Below the pieces are notes generated by a model. The model had not been told where the DNA came from. It saw nothing but the letters and a program-made list of their open reading frames with translations, and searched no databases. A stretch of DNA of 64,000 nucleotides from Candidatus Thorarchaeota archaeon (lineage in GTDB: Archaea > Asgardarchaeota > Lokiarchaeia > Sigyniarchaeales > SOKP01). The stretch covers positions 2,409-66,408 of the forward strand of contig JBHLRJ010000003.1 in the NCBI GenBank assembly GCA_048882645.1, read 5' to 3'. Shown piece by piece: positions 46,030 through 56,102 of the stretch. The position numbers were made by a program, and so were the translations under genes. Positions within the stretch are counted from its first letter, which is position 1; each line of letters begins with the position of its first letter.

Positions 46030-49000
46030 TTAAATATCTTGATACCCACGCTTTTTAGCTTCAGAATATGCTTTTTCGGCTTCTTTCTTTTTACCCATTT
46101 CTTCATTAGCAGCTCCTATATTTGCCCAATATACTGCTTCATCTGGATTATTTTCAGCTGCCTCCTTGAAACATGACACAGCATCTTTAAATTTACGTTG
46201 ATTGAAGTGTAATAATCCAATAGCATTCCAAATTCCTGCATTCTTAGGGTTAAGATCCAAGGCTTTTTTAAAATATTCAATCGCTTTTTTGTACTCAGCC
46301 AAATTCTCATAAGCCCTTCCTATGTTCTCAAGATAAATGTCATCTGTAGATTTAAGTTGATGAGCTTTTTCATATTGTTTAATTGCATCTTCATATCTTT
46401 CCATGTGAAAATATACATTTCCGAACATATTCCAAGTGGATGATTCATTGGGATTTACTTCCAACGCTTTATTATAATATTCAATCGCTTTATCATATTC
46501 TTCTAACTGATCATAAACACCCCCCATAATCGAAAGATAGAATTCATTTGGGGGTTCTAATTCAATGGCTTTTTCATAATATGTAATCGCTTCATTATAG
46601 TTTTCTAAACGTAAATAAAGATCTCCTAATTTATACCATGTGGACGCATCATCTGGATTAACATCCAAAGCTTTATTGAAATATTCTATTGCTTTATCAA
46701 ATTCCCCTAATTCACTATATGATCCTCCTATATTCTCAAGATAGACTCCCTTTGTTTCAAGCTCTACGGCTTTTTCATAGTTAGTGATTGATTTATGGTA
46801 CTCTCCCATCGCATAATAAACATTACCTAACCTATTCCAATTAGACGAACTTTCTGGATTGATATCCAGAGCTTTATTTAAGTACTCAATCGCTTTATCA
46901 TATTGGTTTAAAAGATTATATGATATGCCTATAACCGAAAGATACAATTCACTCTTTGGTTCAAGTTCTAAAGCCTTTTCATATTTTGTAATCGCTTCTT
47001 GGTATTTTTGCATGTAATAAAAAACATTTCCGAATTTATACCAAACCGACGGATCATCTTGTTTAATTTCCAAAGCCTTATTATAATATTCAATCGCATT
47101 ATCGTATTCTTTTAACTCGGTATAAGATCCTCCTATATTTTCATAATAGACTTCATCATCAGGCTCTAGTTCTACAGCTTTTTTATAATTAGCAATCGAC
47201 TCATGAAATTTCTCCATACTATAATACACATTTCCTAATTTATTCCAAGTAGATGCCATCTTTGGGTTAAGTTCCAACGTCTTTTCAAAATATTCAATGG
47301 CTTTTTCATGTTGTCCTAATTTTTCATAAGCTCCCCCCAAATTTTCATGGTAAACATCGTTCTTAGGATCTACCTCGATAGCTTTCTCATATTCTTTAAT
47401 CGCCTCTTCGTAATTTTTTAGGTAATAATAAACATTTCCTATTTTATTATGGCTTGAAGACCTTTCTGGATTAATTTCCAAAGCTTTCTTATAATAATCA
47501 ATCGCTTTCTCGTGTTGATCCATATCTTCATAAGTTCCCCCTATATTCTCATGGTAAACTTCAATCAAAGGATCAAGCTCAACAGCCATTTCATATTGTT
47601 TAAGTGCTTCCTCATAATCTTCCATATGATAATACACATTGCCTAATCTATTCCAAATAGACGATTGTTTCGGATTAACTTCCAAAGCTTTTTTAAAATA
47701 TTCAATTGCCTTATCATATTTTTTTAATTGATCGTACACTCTTGCAATATCTGAAATAAAGAATTCATTACTCTTGAAAATCTCATGGGCTTTTTGATAA
47801 TACTCTAATGCTTCCTCGTACTTTTCTTGTTCATAACTCAGATTCCCAAGTCCCGACCAAACTTGAGGATTTGTAGCATTAATTTCCAATGCCTTTTTAA
47901 GAGTTTCTGTAGCTTTATCGAATTTTTTAAGTCTTGTGTAAGCACCTGCTAAATTTATATAGGCAATTGCATCATTGGGGACAATTTCGATTGCTTTTTT
48001 ATACATTTTAATTGATTCTTCATATTCCTCTTTCTCATAATAAATATGTCCAAGTCCCGTCCACCCCCAACTTGATCTGATATTAGATTCTTTACGAAGA
48101 TCAAGAAAATCACTGACTTCATCTGTAGGGCTTAGTTTTGTTGTTTTTTCATAACATTCTCGAGCCTTTTCATAATCTTTTTGAAATCTATAGATATCTC
48201 CAAGTCCTGACATCGCATCAGTATTCAGATTATCTAATTCAAGAGCTTTCTCGAAACATTTCCTTGATCGATCATAATCTTTTATTCTATAATATGAATA
48301 TCCCATATTAGACCAGAGATAGGATTCAGAACTATTCAATTTCAACAATTTTTGATAGGTATCAATCGCTTCTTGATCTTTTCCCAATTTTGAATATACT
48401 AAAGCTAAGGTGTTTAATACAGATCCACTATTTTCATTGATAGCGAGAGCTCGGTTAATGTATTCCATCGCTTTATCCATATCAAATAAACAATAACTAA
48501 TATATGCAATATCATCAAGTGCATATTCATTATTAGGATCATATTGCAGTACTTCTTCTGCCAGTTTTAATCCTTCGTCATATTGCAGCTTATAATAATA
48601 AATTCCGGCTAAAAGCAATAGTAAATATTCATTTTTTGGATGATCTTTTTGTAAATCTTTAAGGATTTTAAATGCCTCATCATGTTTCTTTTGACCAATT
48701 AAAAGTTCACTTCTTAACAAAAGGCATTCAAATGAATCGGGCTTACGTGCATGGATATAATTAACATACTTCTCCGCAGATTCATAATCTTTAATTTCAA
48801 TATTAAGGCGTCCGAGCGCTATGGCTCGATTATTACTTGGTTCAACTGCTTCTATTTCATTTATTAAAGTCTCAACATAGTTTTTTCCTAAGCCTGGTTT
48901 CCATAACCATTTTGAGATAATAAAAGGATCCTCGGCAATTTGATCAATTATCCCTTGAATTTCATCTACCTCAAGATCAGGTTCTGTAGATTCATCTTTT

Positions 49001-49431
49001 TCTTTTATATCTAAATCAGGGAATTTCTCCAAAATCTTAGGGATATTATCTTTTATTTTTGTGTAAATTGCATTTAAAGTCTCCTCAATATCTGTGAAAT
49101 CAAACTCAACACCTCTATATTGTTTAATTATTGTAGGGATGTGGTCTAATTTATGGTATACGGGTATTATGACTTTGTCAAGTAATAACGCAGGACTCCA
49201 TTCCTTTTGTTGTCCTTTCGATGTTTCTGTCTTTTTAGAACAAATCAATAACATGATATGACAGTCCTTAAGACTTTGATCCATAAATTGGATCATATCA
49301 CCCGTTGCATCTCTATACCAATACATAACTTCTTCAATCTCAGGCATTTCACTCAATCTGTCCGCCATTTGTTCAATTTTAAAATTATCTAAATCGCCCA
49401 ATGAATAACTAATAAACACTTTAAGTTTCAT
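46030..49431 (-). CDS. TIR-like domain fused to a very long TPR array (1133 aa)
   Basis: N-terminus KVFISYSLGD ... IMLLICSKKTETSKGQQKEW (TIR-like), then more than 25 TPR units. Confidence 0.8.
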   Translation of the reverse strand: MKLKVFISYSLGDLDNFKIEQMADRLSEMPEIEEVMYWYRDATGDMIQFMDQSLKDCHIMLLICSKKTETSKGQQKEWSPALLLDKVIIPVYHKLDHIPTIIKQYRGVEFDFTDIEETLNAIYTKIKDNIPKILEKFPDLDIKEKDESTEPDLEVDEIQGIIDQIAEDPFIISKWLWKPGLGKNYVETLINEIEAVEPSNNRAIALGRLNIEIKDYESAEKYVNYIHARKPDSFECLLLRSELLIGQKKHDEAFKILKDLQKDHPKNEYLLLLLAGIYYYKLQYDEGLKLAEEVLQYDPNNEYALDDIAYISYCLFDMDKAMEYINRALAINENSGSVLNTLALVYSKLGKDQEAIDTYQKLLKLNSSESYLWSNMGYSYYRIKDYDRSRKCFEKALELDNLNTDAMSGLGDIYRFQKDYEKARECYEKTTKLSPTDEVSDFLDLRKESNIRSSWGWTGLGHIYYEKEEYEESIKMYKKAIEIVPNDAIAYINLAGAYTRLKKFDKATETLKKALEINATNPQVWSGLGNLSYEQEKYEEALEYYQKAHEIFKSNEFFISDIARVYDQLKKYDKAIEYFKKALEVNPKQSSIWNRLGNVYYHMEDYEEALKQYEMAVELDPLIEVYHENIGGTYEDMDQHEKAIDYYKKALEINPERSSSHNKIGNVYYYLKNYEEAIKEYEKAIEVDPKNDVYHENLGGAYEKLGQHEKAIEYFEKTLELNPKMASTWNKLGNVYYSMEKFHESIANYKKAVELEPDDEVYYENIGGSYTELKEYDNAIEYYNKALEIKQDDPSVWYKFGNVFYYMQKYQEAITKYEKALELEPKSELYLSVIGISYNLLNQYDKAIEYLNKALDINPESSSNWNRLGNVYYAMGEYHKSITNYEKAVELETKGVYLENIGGSYSELGEFDKAIEYFNKALDVNPDDASTWYKLGDLYLRLENYNEAITYYEKAIELEPPNEFYLSIMGGVYDQLEEYDKAIEYYNKALEVNPNESSTWNMFGNVYFHMERYEDAIKQYEKAHQLKSTDDIYLENIGRAYENLAEYKKAIEYFKKALDLNPKNAGIWNAIGLLHFNQRKFKDAVSCFKEAAENNPDEAVYWANIGAANEEMGKKKEAEKAYSEAKKRGYQDI
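46081..47709 (-). repeat. eight tandem 204-bp (68-aa, two-TPR) super-repeats inside the TIR-TPR gene
   Basis: Units start AIEY[FY].KAL..NP and contain W..LGNVYY ... YE.A.EL.P....Y.ENIGG.Y. One unit is 67 aa. Confidence 0.7.
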
Positions 49432-49948
49432 TTTAATCGTTCTTTAGATCTGTGATTTAAAGGATTAATCTTATTGATGTTTCCTATCTATATTAATTTT
49501 TTTCATAGATTTCATTTATGTAGAGATTATTGAGTTCAAGGGTTATATATAGATTTCTCAACCATACTAAGAAATACTACACAAATTTAGTCCGAATTTC
49601 GAACCGGATTTAATAAGAAATAACCCATCTTCAAGTTTCTCATAGGTTAACATACAATTTTAATAAAATAATGATTTGGATTTACTTTTATTGATTTTTA
49701 AAGATGTCGAATATGCTAAAGTATGATAGATCTTAGCTTAAATGGAAGTTTAGAAAAAGAAGAATAAGAATAGGGATGTAAGACTTACCATAAATAGGTC
49801 ATAAGTATTAGTCTGTATGGGTCTATAATCCCTATTCAACTAAGTTGTGTGTGTGTTAAATTAAGTCTAGACTTTCACATATTTAAAGTCTTCTCAGATA
49901 GATTATTAGTGTACCCTAGGTATGATAGTATGAATTATTAATAAAGGT

Positions 49949-50015
49949 TAGGGTGGGAAGGATTTGAACCTTCGATATCCACGTCCCAAACATGGAATAT
50001 TAACCAACATATATT
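49949..50015 (-). tRNA. tRNA-Pro(UGG)-like sequence covering positions ~10-73; no matching 5' acceptor strand
   Basis: Hand fold: D arm ATAT-atgttggtta-ATAT; anticodon arm CCATG-tttggga-CGTGG; variable ATATC; T arm GAAGG-ttcaaat-CCTTC; 3' acceptor CCACCCT + A. The 9 nt upstream (GAAAAAGTC) cannot pair with CCACCCT. Confidence 0.4.
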
Positions 50016-50024
50016 GACTTTTTC

Positions 50025-50107
50025 ACGGGAATGGCTGTGTATTAAATGTAATAGATTCAAAATCTATCCTTCATAAGAGGTTCTACGGTTCGAATCTACA
50101 TTCCTGT
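50025..50107 (+). other. structured tRNA-like element (long closing helix, internal hairpin, GGTTCGAATC motif)
   Basis: ACGGGAATG (50025-50033) pairs with CATTCCTGT (50099-50107). Internal hairpin ATAGATT-caa-AATCTAT (50051-50067). T-loop-like GGTTCGAATC, but no foldable T or D stems. Confidence 0.25.
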
Positions 50108-50178
50108 AACACATCTTAGGAAGATTATTTAGCAGCGGACTCCGATTAATTTTTATTAAATGAGATTAAAACGATCCT

Positions 50179-50799
50179 ATGGTATCAAAAGAAAGTATTA
50201 TAACGTTAAATAAAAATCAAATTAAGACCGCTGGAGAAGTTTTAGGGCGTGCCTTGAAGGATGATCCAGTTTCGGTATATGCTGTTCCCGATAAAGAGAA
50301 ACGGCATGCTGAAATAAAACATGTATTCCAAGTAACAAGCTGTTTAGGTGTTAAATATGGGGAGACACATGCAACTTCTCCTAACTTTGAAGGAATAGCC
50401 GTCTGGATACCATATGTCAATAAGCAATATAAAATGATAATGGATATCGGATGTATCATTAAAGCAAAAATCTATAAATTGGGATTGAAAGCCTCTAAAC
50501 GTATTAAACCCATTGAAGAACATAATGCCAATGTGCATCGAGAGTTTGCTACAGGTGATCACTGGTATTTACAGAATCTTGGTGTCGAACCTGAGCATCA
50601 AGGAAAAGGATATGGGAGTTTATTAATGGAATATATGCTTGAGAAAATTGATACAATGAATCCTTTGCCTATATTTCTTGAGACATCTACCGAAAGAAAC
50701 GTGAAATTCTATGAGAGATTCGGATTTCAGGTAATGCGAGATGAGGTTATACCTAATACTGGAGTTTATCAGTGGTATCTCCTTCGGGATATAAAATAA
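50179..50799 (+). CDS. GNAT family N-acetyltransferase
   Basis: LGVEPEHQGKGYGSLLMEYML and NVKFYERFGF motifs. Confidence 0.75.
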   Translation: MVSKESIITLNKNQIKTAGEVLGRALKDDPVSVYAVPDKEKRHAEIKHVFQVTSCLGVKYGETHATSPNFEGIAVWIPYVNKQYKMIMDIGCIIKAKIYKLGLKASKRIKPIEEHNANVHREFATGDHWYLQNLGVEPEHQGKGYGSLLMEYMLEKIDTMNPLPIFLETSTERNVKFYERFGFQVMRDEVIPNTGVYQWYLLRDIK

Positions 50800-51116
50800 C
50801 TCAGAAATCAAGAGAATGGTTTAGTTGGAAAAATGGCAGCATATTTACTTATATTATTAGATTAAAATCATTAAGTCTTGATTTCATGGTTGAATGTTCC
50901 CTTATATTTATTAACATTATCATCAAATCTAATTATAATTCCTCTAGGAGAACCATATCTAAACCCTAGATTTTACATAACAACTATTGCTTTTTTAATA
51001 GCTGAAAAATGAGGAATCTAAAGTGAATCCAAGAGTCCAAGCAAGGTTCCATATATCAAACTATAAATTGAACCAAGTTTTAATATAAGTAACAAACAAA
51101 AAAAAGTGAAAAAAAA

Positions 51117-51326
51117 ATGACCCAAGCTTATGAAGAAATGATGAAAACGAAAAGTATTGAAATTGAAGAAGTTGAAGTTCAAATTCCTGAAGAAAATGAA
51201 ATTGATGAACTACTTGGAGATTTAAATCCAAGATACTTCGAGGAAAGAATTACTCTAAAAGAAACAAAACAGAGAGCTTATGCTTCAACTATTAGCCAAA
51301 ATTTCAATCCCTTTAATCCATTTTAA
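51117..51326 (+). CDS. small acidic hypothetical protein
   Basis: 69-aa ORF; no family recognised. Confidence 0.3.
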   Translation: MTQAYEEMMKTKSIEIEEVEVQIPEENEIDELLGDLNPRYFEERITLKETKQRAYASTISQNFNPFNPF

Positions 51327-51914
51327 ACTATTAAAATTTTTTTTATCTAATTTTATTGTTATGAATTTTGTGTAGAGTATTTATTCTTAGTTCTATGTCT
51401 TTTTCTAGTTATAATTTTAACCTTTACTTGATTCATTATAACTGAGAAAAGAGTCTATGTAATAGTTTATAACACAATTTTAATTAAATAACACAAAATA
51501 ATGTATTACATTATACTTCAATAATATAAAAAACATCATTCCTCTTATCACGGGACATAAAGAACGAAATATTATCATCGGAGTAATCTCATCTATTACT
51601 AGTATAATGTTATTAATGTTCCTCATACCGTTAAACAAGCTGGGTATGGTGGAGGATTAGTTTCAGCAGATAGTAAAATAGAAAATGAACTTAAAAAAAG
51701 TGAGAAAAAAATTAGAAAAGCTATGAGTAAAAATCAAGGATATGCTAAGCGGCTATTCTAATCAATATCTATTCAATTGATCCGAACGACGGATTAGGTT
51801 TCATGAAACATTATAATAAGCAGTGGATTTTGAATTTCTATTCCAGTTATCTACTTTGAAGAGTTCTAAATTACTTCTGGAAACCTAAATTAGAAAAAAA
51901 AGATTTTATATTGT

Positions 51915-52811
51915 TTACCCTTCTATAAGACCACTTATTTTTAGGCCGTTTATCATCATACCCACTATGAAGGTAAAAACCATTTCATTCCAATTTTTTG
52001 AGTTTGGCATTAAGTTTCTACAATATTTACTTGTTATGCTTTCTATTGAAGGATCTTCAGTATACCATTCCATTAAGGAGTTCTTTACTTTAAAATAAAG
52101 ATCCTCCATTTCATTTAAAATTTGATCACAATGGGTATCTTTCCATACTCCAAAATGGGCTAAAGAAATGGAACTTAACCTATCCTTCATAGCTCGTAAC
52201 TTAGTAAAAGATTTTAGAAGCTTCTCTTCGTCAAAGTTAGGGGGCATGAGAGGACAAAAGAATGCATTTTCATCCAATCTCATACAAACCGCATCTCCAA
52301 CAAAAATATTTCTGTTTAATTTGTCGAATAATGCAATAGAATCCATGGTATGTCCAAAAAATTTCACTACGTCTAATTCTAACCCATTTATATCAATTAT
52401 ATCACCTTCTTTCAAAGGGGTAATCTCACCTTCATAAGGAATAGTATTAATACCCTCAAAGCCCTCAATCATTCTCTCGGGATGTCTTAGATTTTCAATA
52501 GCATTCTCAGAAGCTAGAACTTCCACTTCAGAATCTTTCATTAGATTTTTGATTTTTGAAAGTCCCTGAGCATGATCCCAATGAGAATGTGTTAGCAATA
52601 TTTTATGAATAGGGTAGAGATCAAATTCTTTGAGCTTCTTTATAATTGAGCGAGCTTTTGTGGCTTCACCAACGTCTATCATTAATCGTATGTCTTCATT
52701 TTCGACAATATAAATTGAAAGAAACTTGGGTACTCCCAAAACCATTCCATCTATGTGAAAATAATTATCATCAAACTTGCCTTCAGAATTTATTATTACT
52801 ATTTCCATCAC
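51915..52811 (-). CDS. MBL-fold metallo-hydrolase
   Basis: LLTHSHWDHAQG (HxHxDH) motif and a later GH and D. Confidence 0.8.
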   Translation of the reverse strand: MMEIVIINSEGKFDDNYFHIDGMVLGVPKFLSIYIVENEDIRLMIDVGEATKARSIIKKLKEFDLYPIHKILLTHSHWDHAQGLSKIKNLMKDSEVEVLASENAIENLRHPERMIEGFEGINTIPYEGEITPLKEGDIIDINGLELDVVKFFGHTMDSIALFDKLNRNIFVGDAVCMRLDENAFFCPLMPPNFDEEKLLKSFTKLRAMKDRLSSISLAHFGVWKDTHCDQILNEMEDLYFKVKNSLMEWYTEDPSIESITSKYCRNLMPNSKNWNEMVFTFIVGMMINGLKISGLIEG

Positions 52812-52832
52812 CTCTTTATACTCTGAGATATA

Positions 52833-53141
52833 TTAAATTTTAAATTCAGGGGGATTTCCAAAAGCTTTTAGAACCAATGCTGTTAAAATAGGTCCAGCAA
52901 CGTCTGTAACAGAAGCTTCATAAAGAGTAAAATTATCTAAGATTCCTTGAACCGCTATCGCCTTCCCTTCATACTGAGTTAAATCCACTTGTCGAGCTTC
53001 AGGAGGTATAACTTCTACTCTGCTAATCTCAGTTAAGCGGCTTGGGGCACTTATCGTAGGTTCTGGTAACAAAGGATGAAACTTTCCATCTCTAACAATT
53101 CCAATATATATTTCTTTTTCAGTCATGGATAACTCTCCCAT
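52833..53141 (-). CDS. hypothetical protein
   Basis: 102-aa ORF, 21 bp upstream of the MBL gene on the same strand. Confidence 0.45.
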   Translation of the reverse strand: MGELSMTEKEIYIGIVRDGKFHPLLPEPTISAPSRLTEISRVEVIPPEARQVDLTQYEGKAIAVQGILDNFTLYEASVTDVAGPILTALVLKAFGNPPEFKI

Positions 53142-53321
53142 TGAATTTATATATATAAGAATGACACTCTGTTATAAAAACCTTTACAAAGAAGTAAAAT
53201 CCATAGTCTAAGATTTCTTTCTTTGGGAGATTTTACCCCATTAGATATAATTTAAAATTAGTGTTCCCTACTAGACATAAGGATTAAAAAATCTTTCAGT
53301 TTTATTAGTGTTGGTGAAATA

Positions 53322-53738
53322 ATGATATACCAAATTGGAAAATTAGTTATTGGGGACGATTGGAAACAAATGCGCAGTTGGTGGGGAAGATATATAAGCA
53401 AATCTAAAAAATGGCTAACTGGTGTATTAACCTATAATTCGGAAGAGAGATGTTTATATTTTTTTGAGAGTAGATTAACTGGTGAAGAAGAAATTTTCGC
53501 TTTTGATATTGATACAACCCAATTTGAATTAGTAAGAAGAGGAAAGATGACTTATCATTTTTTCGTGCAAATAAAAGATAAAAATAACAAAGAATTTCTC
53601 TTTGATTCAGATATATCGTTCTATGGTCGTAGTCAAGCTGACTTAGCATATGCTCAAGCGAAACAAATTGTTTATAACCAGAATATTATTAACATAATTA
53701 ATCACTTAAAAAAGAAATCTAATCTATCATTCAAATAG
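53322..53738 (+). CDS. hypothetical protein
   Basis: 138-aa ORF; no family recognised. Confidence 0.45.
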   Translation: MIYQIGKLVIGDDWKQMRSWWGRYISKSKKWLTGVLTYNSEERCLYFFESRLTGEEEIFAFDIDTTQFELVRRGKMTYHFFVQIKDKNNKEFLFDSDISFYGRSQADLAYAQAKQIVYNQNIINIINHLKKKSNLSFK

Positions 53739-53851
53739 AAAAGATAATCACTACTTGTATACTTATAGATTTATAGCTTATTACAGAATTCCCTCCCGAA
53801 AGCTACTCTCCTTCCAATTCAGAATCGCCATAAATTATCGTTTGCTGTTTC

Positions 53852-55264
53852 CTATTTATTTTCTTTTAGAAGTTGGGCACATTTGGAAAAATATTCAACT
53901 GAATTAATTCGACCGCTACTTAAATCTTGAAATAATTCAGCAAACTGATCCCAAACTTCTTCAAACTGTTCTTTAAAACCTTCAGAATCTATATAGTTAT
54001 TTACCGACGTCTTAAAATTTACCCGTTCTCTATCAATTTTTGCTTGCTCTGGTTCAAATAAATGAATCTCCCGTTTCAATTTCAGGATATAATCATAAAG
54101 TTTCTGACAGAATGCTACGAAATCTTCTTGCTCAAATTCATAACCTAATTCTCTGCTTAAATTCAATTCTTTTAACTCTTTCCAATCTATATCTGGTCCT
54201 TTTATTGGTAAAATCTGAATATTATGTTTTCGAGCAAGCTCGAGTTCATGTTTACAATCCTCTGAATTATATATTGATTTGTTGGAAGCGAAAAACAATA
54301 CAAGCTGACACTTTGGTAATTTTTCATCCATGAAATCATCGATATTTCCAGCTAAATCTTCTTCACAGTAGAAAACTTTATAGATTTCATCCTGTTTTTG
54401 TAAATATTCTGAAATCTCTTTAATGTGAGAAATTTCAAAATCAACAACTGCATGACTTAGAAAAACGTTGATTGAAGCTCTCTGCCTACAATAATCAAGG
54501 ATAGTAAGAATATCTCTATCAGCAATTTCTTTCCATTCACCTTCCCATGGATTATGCCATAAAAAAAGAGTCTCTAAATTTTTTAATTTCCATAGTGTAT
54601 TTGGGAGTGATGTTAAAAGATTTTCTTCTATTAACAATTTTTTAAGAGATGTTAGGGTAGTTATTGCGTCTGGAAGGGAGGTAAATTGATTACTACCCAA
54701 ATCTAACTCTACGAGTGGAGTGAGATTGCCTAATGAATTAGGAATAGATTTTAATTCATTATGATTTAAGTTTAAGCTTTCAAGTGACTTTAGATTACCT
54801 ATTGACTCAGGGAGGGACCGTAACCGATTTTGCCTTAGGAATAACGCGTGGAGCGATTTTAATTGGCGTATAGAATTTGAGAGTGAAACTAATTGATTGT
54901 CATTCATGAAAAGTACTTGAAGGGATAACAATTTTGTTACTGGCTCCGGGAAAACAGAAAATTGATTTTCTGATAAATCTAGAAATTGGAGTGATTGCAG
55001 ATTCGCCAAAGATTCAGGAAGATTCGTCAGTTTGTTCCTAATTAAAAATAGTTTTTGAAGGGAATACAGATTCCCAATTTCTTCTGGAATGAATGTTAAT
55101 TTACAATCATATAAACTTAATGTTTTAACCATATCATCTTCGATTTTTACACCAATCCACAATGCACTTAAATCTTCTAACTTTGGAATCTGTCTGCCAA
55201 TCAATTCCTCTAATGCCATTAAAACTTGTGCTTGTTCAGGCTTTATCCCCCATTTATTACTCAT
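53852..55264 (-). CDS. LRR + TIR-like domain protein (uninterrupted paralogue of 24325-26490 minus the GTPase)
   Basis: Pre-LRR motif EQAQVLMALEELIGRQIP and about 9 LRRs. TIR-like INVFLSHAVVDF ... LVLFFASNKSIYNSEDCKHELELA. Confidence 0.8.
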   Translation of the reverse strand: MSNKWGIKPEQAQVLMALEELIGRQIPKLEDLSALWIGVKIEDDMVKTLSLYDCKLTFIPEEIGNLYSLQKLFLIRNKLTNLPESLANLQSLQFLDLSENQFSVFPEPVTKLLSLQVLFMNDNQLVSLSNSIRQLKSLHALFLRQNRLRSLPESIGNLKSLESLNLNHNELKSIPNSLGNLTPLVELDLGSNQFTSLPDAITTLTSLKKLLIEENLLTSLPNTLWKLKNLETLFLWHNPWEGEWKEIADRDILTILDYCRQRASINVFLSHAVVDFEISHIKEISEYLQKQDEIYKVFYCEEDLAGNIDDFMDEKLPKCQLVLFFASNKSIYNSEDCKHELELARKHNIQILPIKGPDIDWKELKELNLSRELGYEFEQEDFVAFCQKLYDYILKLKREIHLFEPEQAKIDRERVNFKTSVNNYIDSEGFKEQFEEVWDQFAELFQDLSSGRINSVEYFSKCAQLLKENK

Positions 55265-55560
55265 ATAACCACATCTAGCCTATTTTATTTACCTTAGCAT
55301 AGTCAAATACAATTAATATATCTATTTCTTTTAAAATATCAAAATCCACTAATCATCGAAACCATAGAAAAATAGATAACAATAACTCAAATGCTCTTAT
55401 AAAGTTAAAAAAGAAGATGGAAAAAAAAAATGCCCCCACATTTCCCTTGAGTTATAATGAACTAAAGGATTTCATTTATCACCCTAGCAGCTTAAAACCT
55501 CTCTTTATGAAGAATGGAGATTAAACCTTTAGTTACAAGAATCCAAAGTTAAGAAAGAAC

Positions 55561-55845
55561 CTAGAAATTCTCAATAACCTTTCCACCAGGAAGAATCTTG
55601 TATACGATTTTATCTTCCATATCTTCTTTTTCAACGCAAAAAGTCTGCAGTAAGAAGTCCATGTGGTATTTAAAAACATCTTTGCTCTCAATGGTTCCAT
55701 TTTCCTTCAATTTATCTATTAGGGCATCTTCTGAGATTTTCTCTTCCTCATTTACAAATTTCAGTATTTCTCTTCTAATGGGATGATTAACTGCTTTTAG
55801 ATGTTGAGCATGTCCAACTTTTTTCTGTTCAGACATATTATTCAC
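55561..55845 (-). CDS. ArsR-like winged-helix protein
   Basis: LKAVNHPIRREILKFV pattern. Confidence 0.55.
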   Translation of the reverse strand: MNNMSEQKKVGHAQHLKAVNHPIRREILKFVNEEEKISEDALIDKLKENGTIESKDVFKYHMDFLLQTFCVEKEDMEDKIVYKILPGGKVIENF

Positions 55846-56102
55846 ACAATTGTAGATAATTTAAACTACAAACAGGATTATTTTATGATAACATTGATTA
55901 GAGTAAACTAAAATTTTGAGTTTTTAGATTATAAACAAGCTTAAGAAAGAGCTTTAGAATTATCATAAGACTACAAAGATAGGTTTTGAAATATTAATTT
56001 CTAACTTTTTCCCTTATTAATGAGATTGCTCTACCTTTTAAATAGAATGGTTAACTATATTCCAGATATTCAATAAATAAAATAATTAAGACGTGATTTT
56101 AA

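Noticed and set aside
45909-46106. 65-aa minus-strand ORF overlapping the 3' end of the TIR-TPR gene, plus 46116-46310
   Set aside because: They are out-of-frame overlaps with a strongly supported TPR reading frame, and their composition is Lys/Phe-rich low complexity.
46081-47709. Regular ~204-bp periodic repeats that could be mistaken for a CRISPR-like or satellite array
   Set aside because: The repeats are in-frame TPR coding units of one long ORF. There is no spacer/repeat structure.
50027-50106. Plus-strand tRNA-Leu(CAA) call, based on the acceptor-like helix GGGAATG/CATTCCT, hairpin loop TTCAAAA and GGTTCGAATC
   Set aside because: I could not form a T stem (TACGG against CTACA pairs at 3 of 5 positions) or any D arm with the GG motif. 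It is kept only as an unexplained structured element.
51502-51760. Two ATG-less open frames in the 51327-51914 spacer (…GVISSITSIMLLMFLIPLNKLGMVED* and …VPHTVKQAGYGGGLVSADSKIENELKK…RLF*), possibly a decayed gene
   Set aside because: There is no start codon, no recognisable domain and no paralogue in the window. The evidence is insufficient to call a pseudogene.
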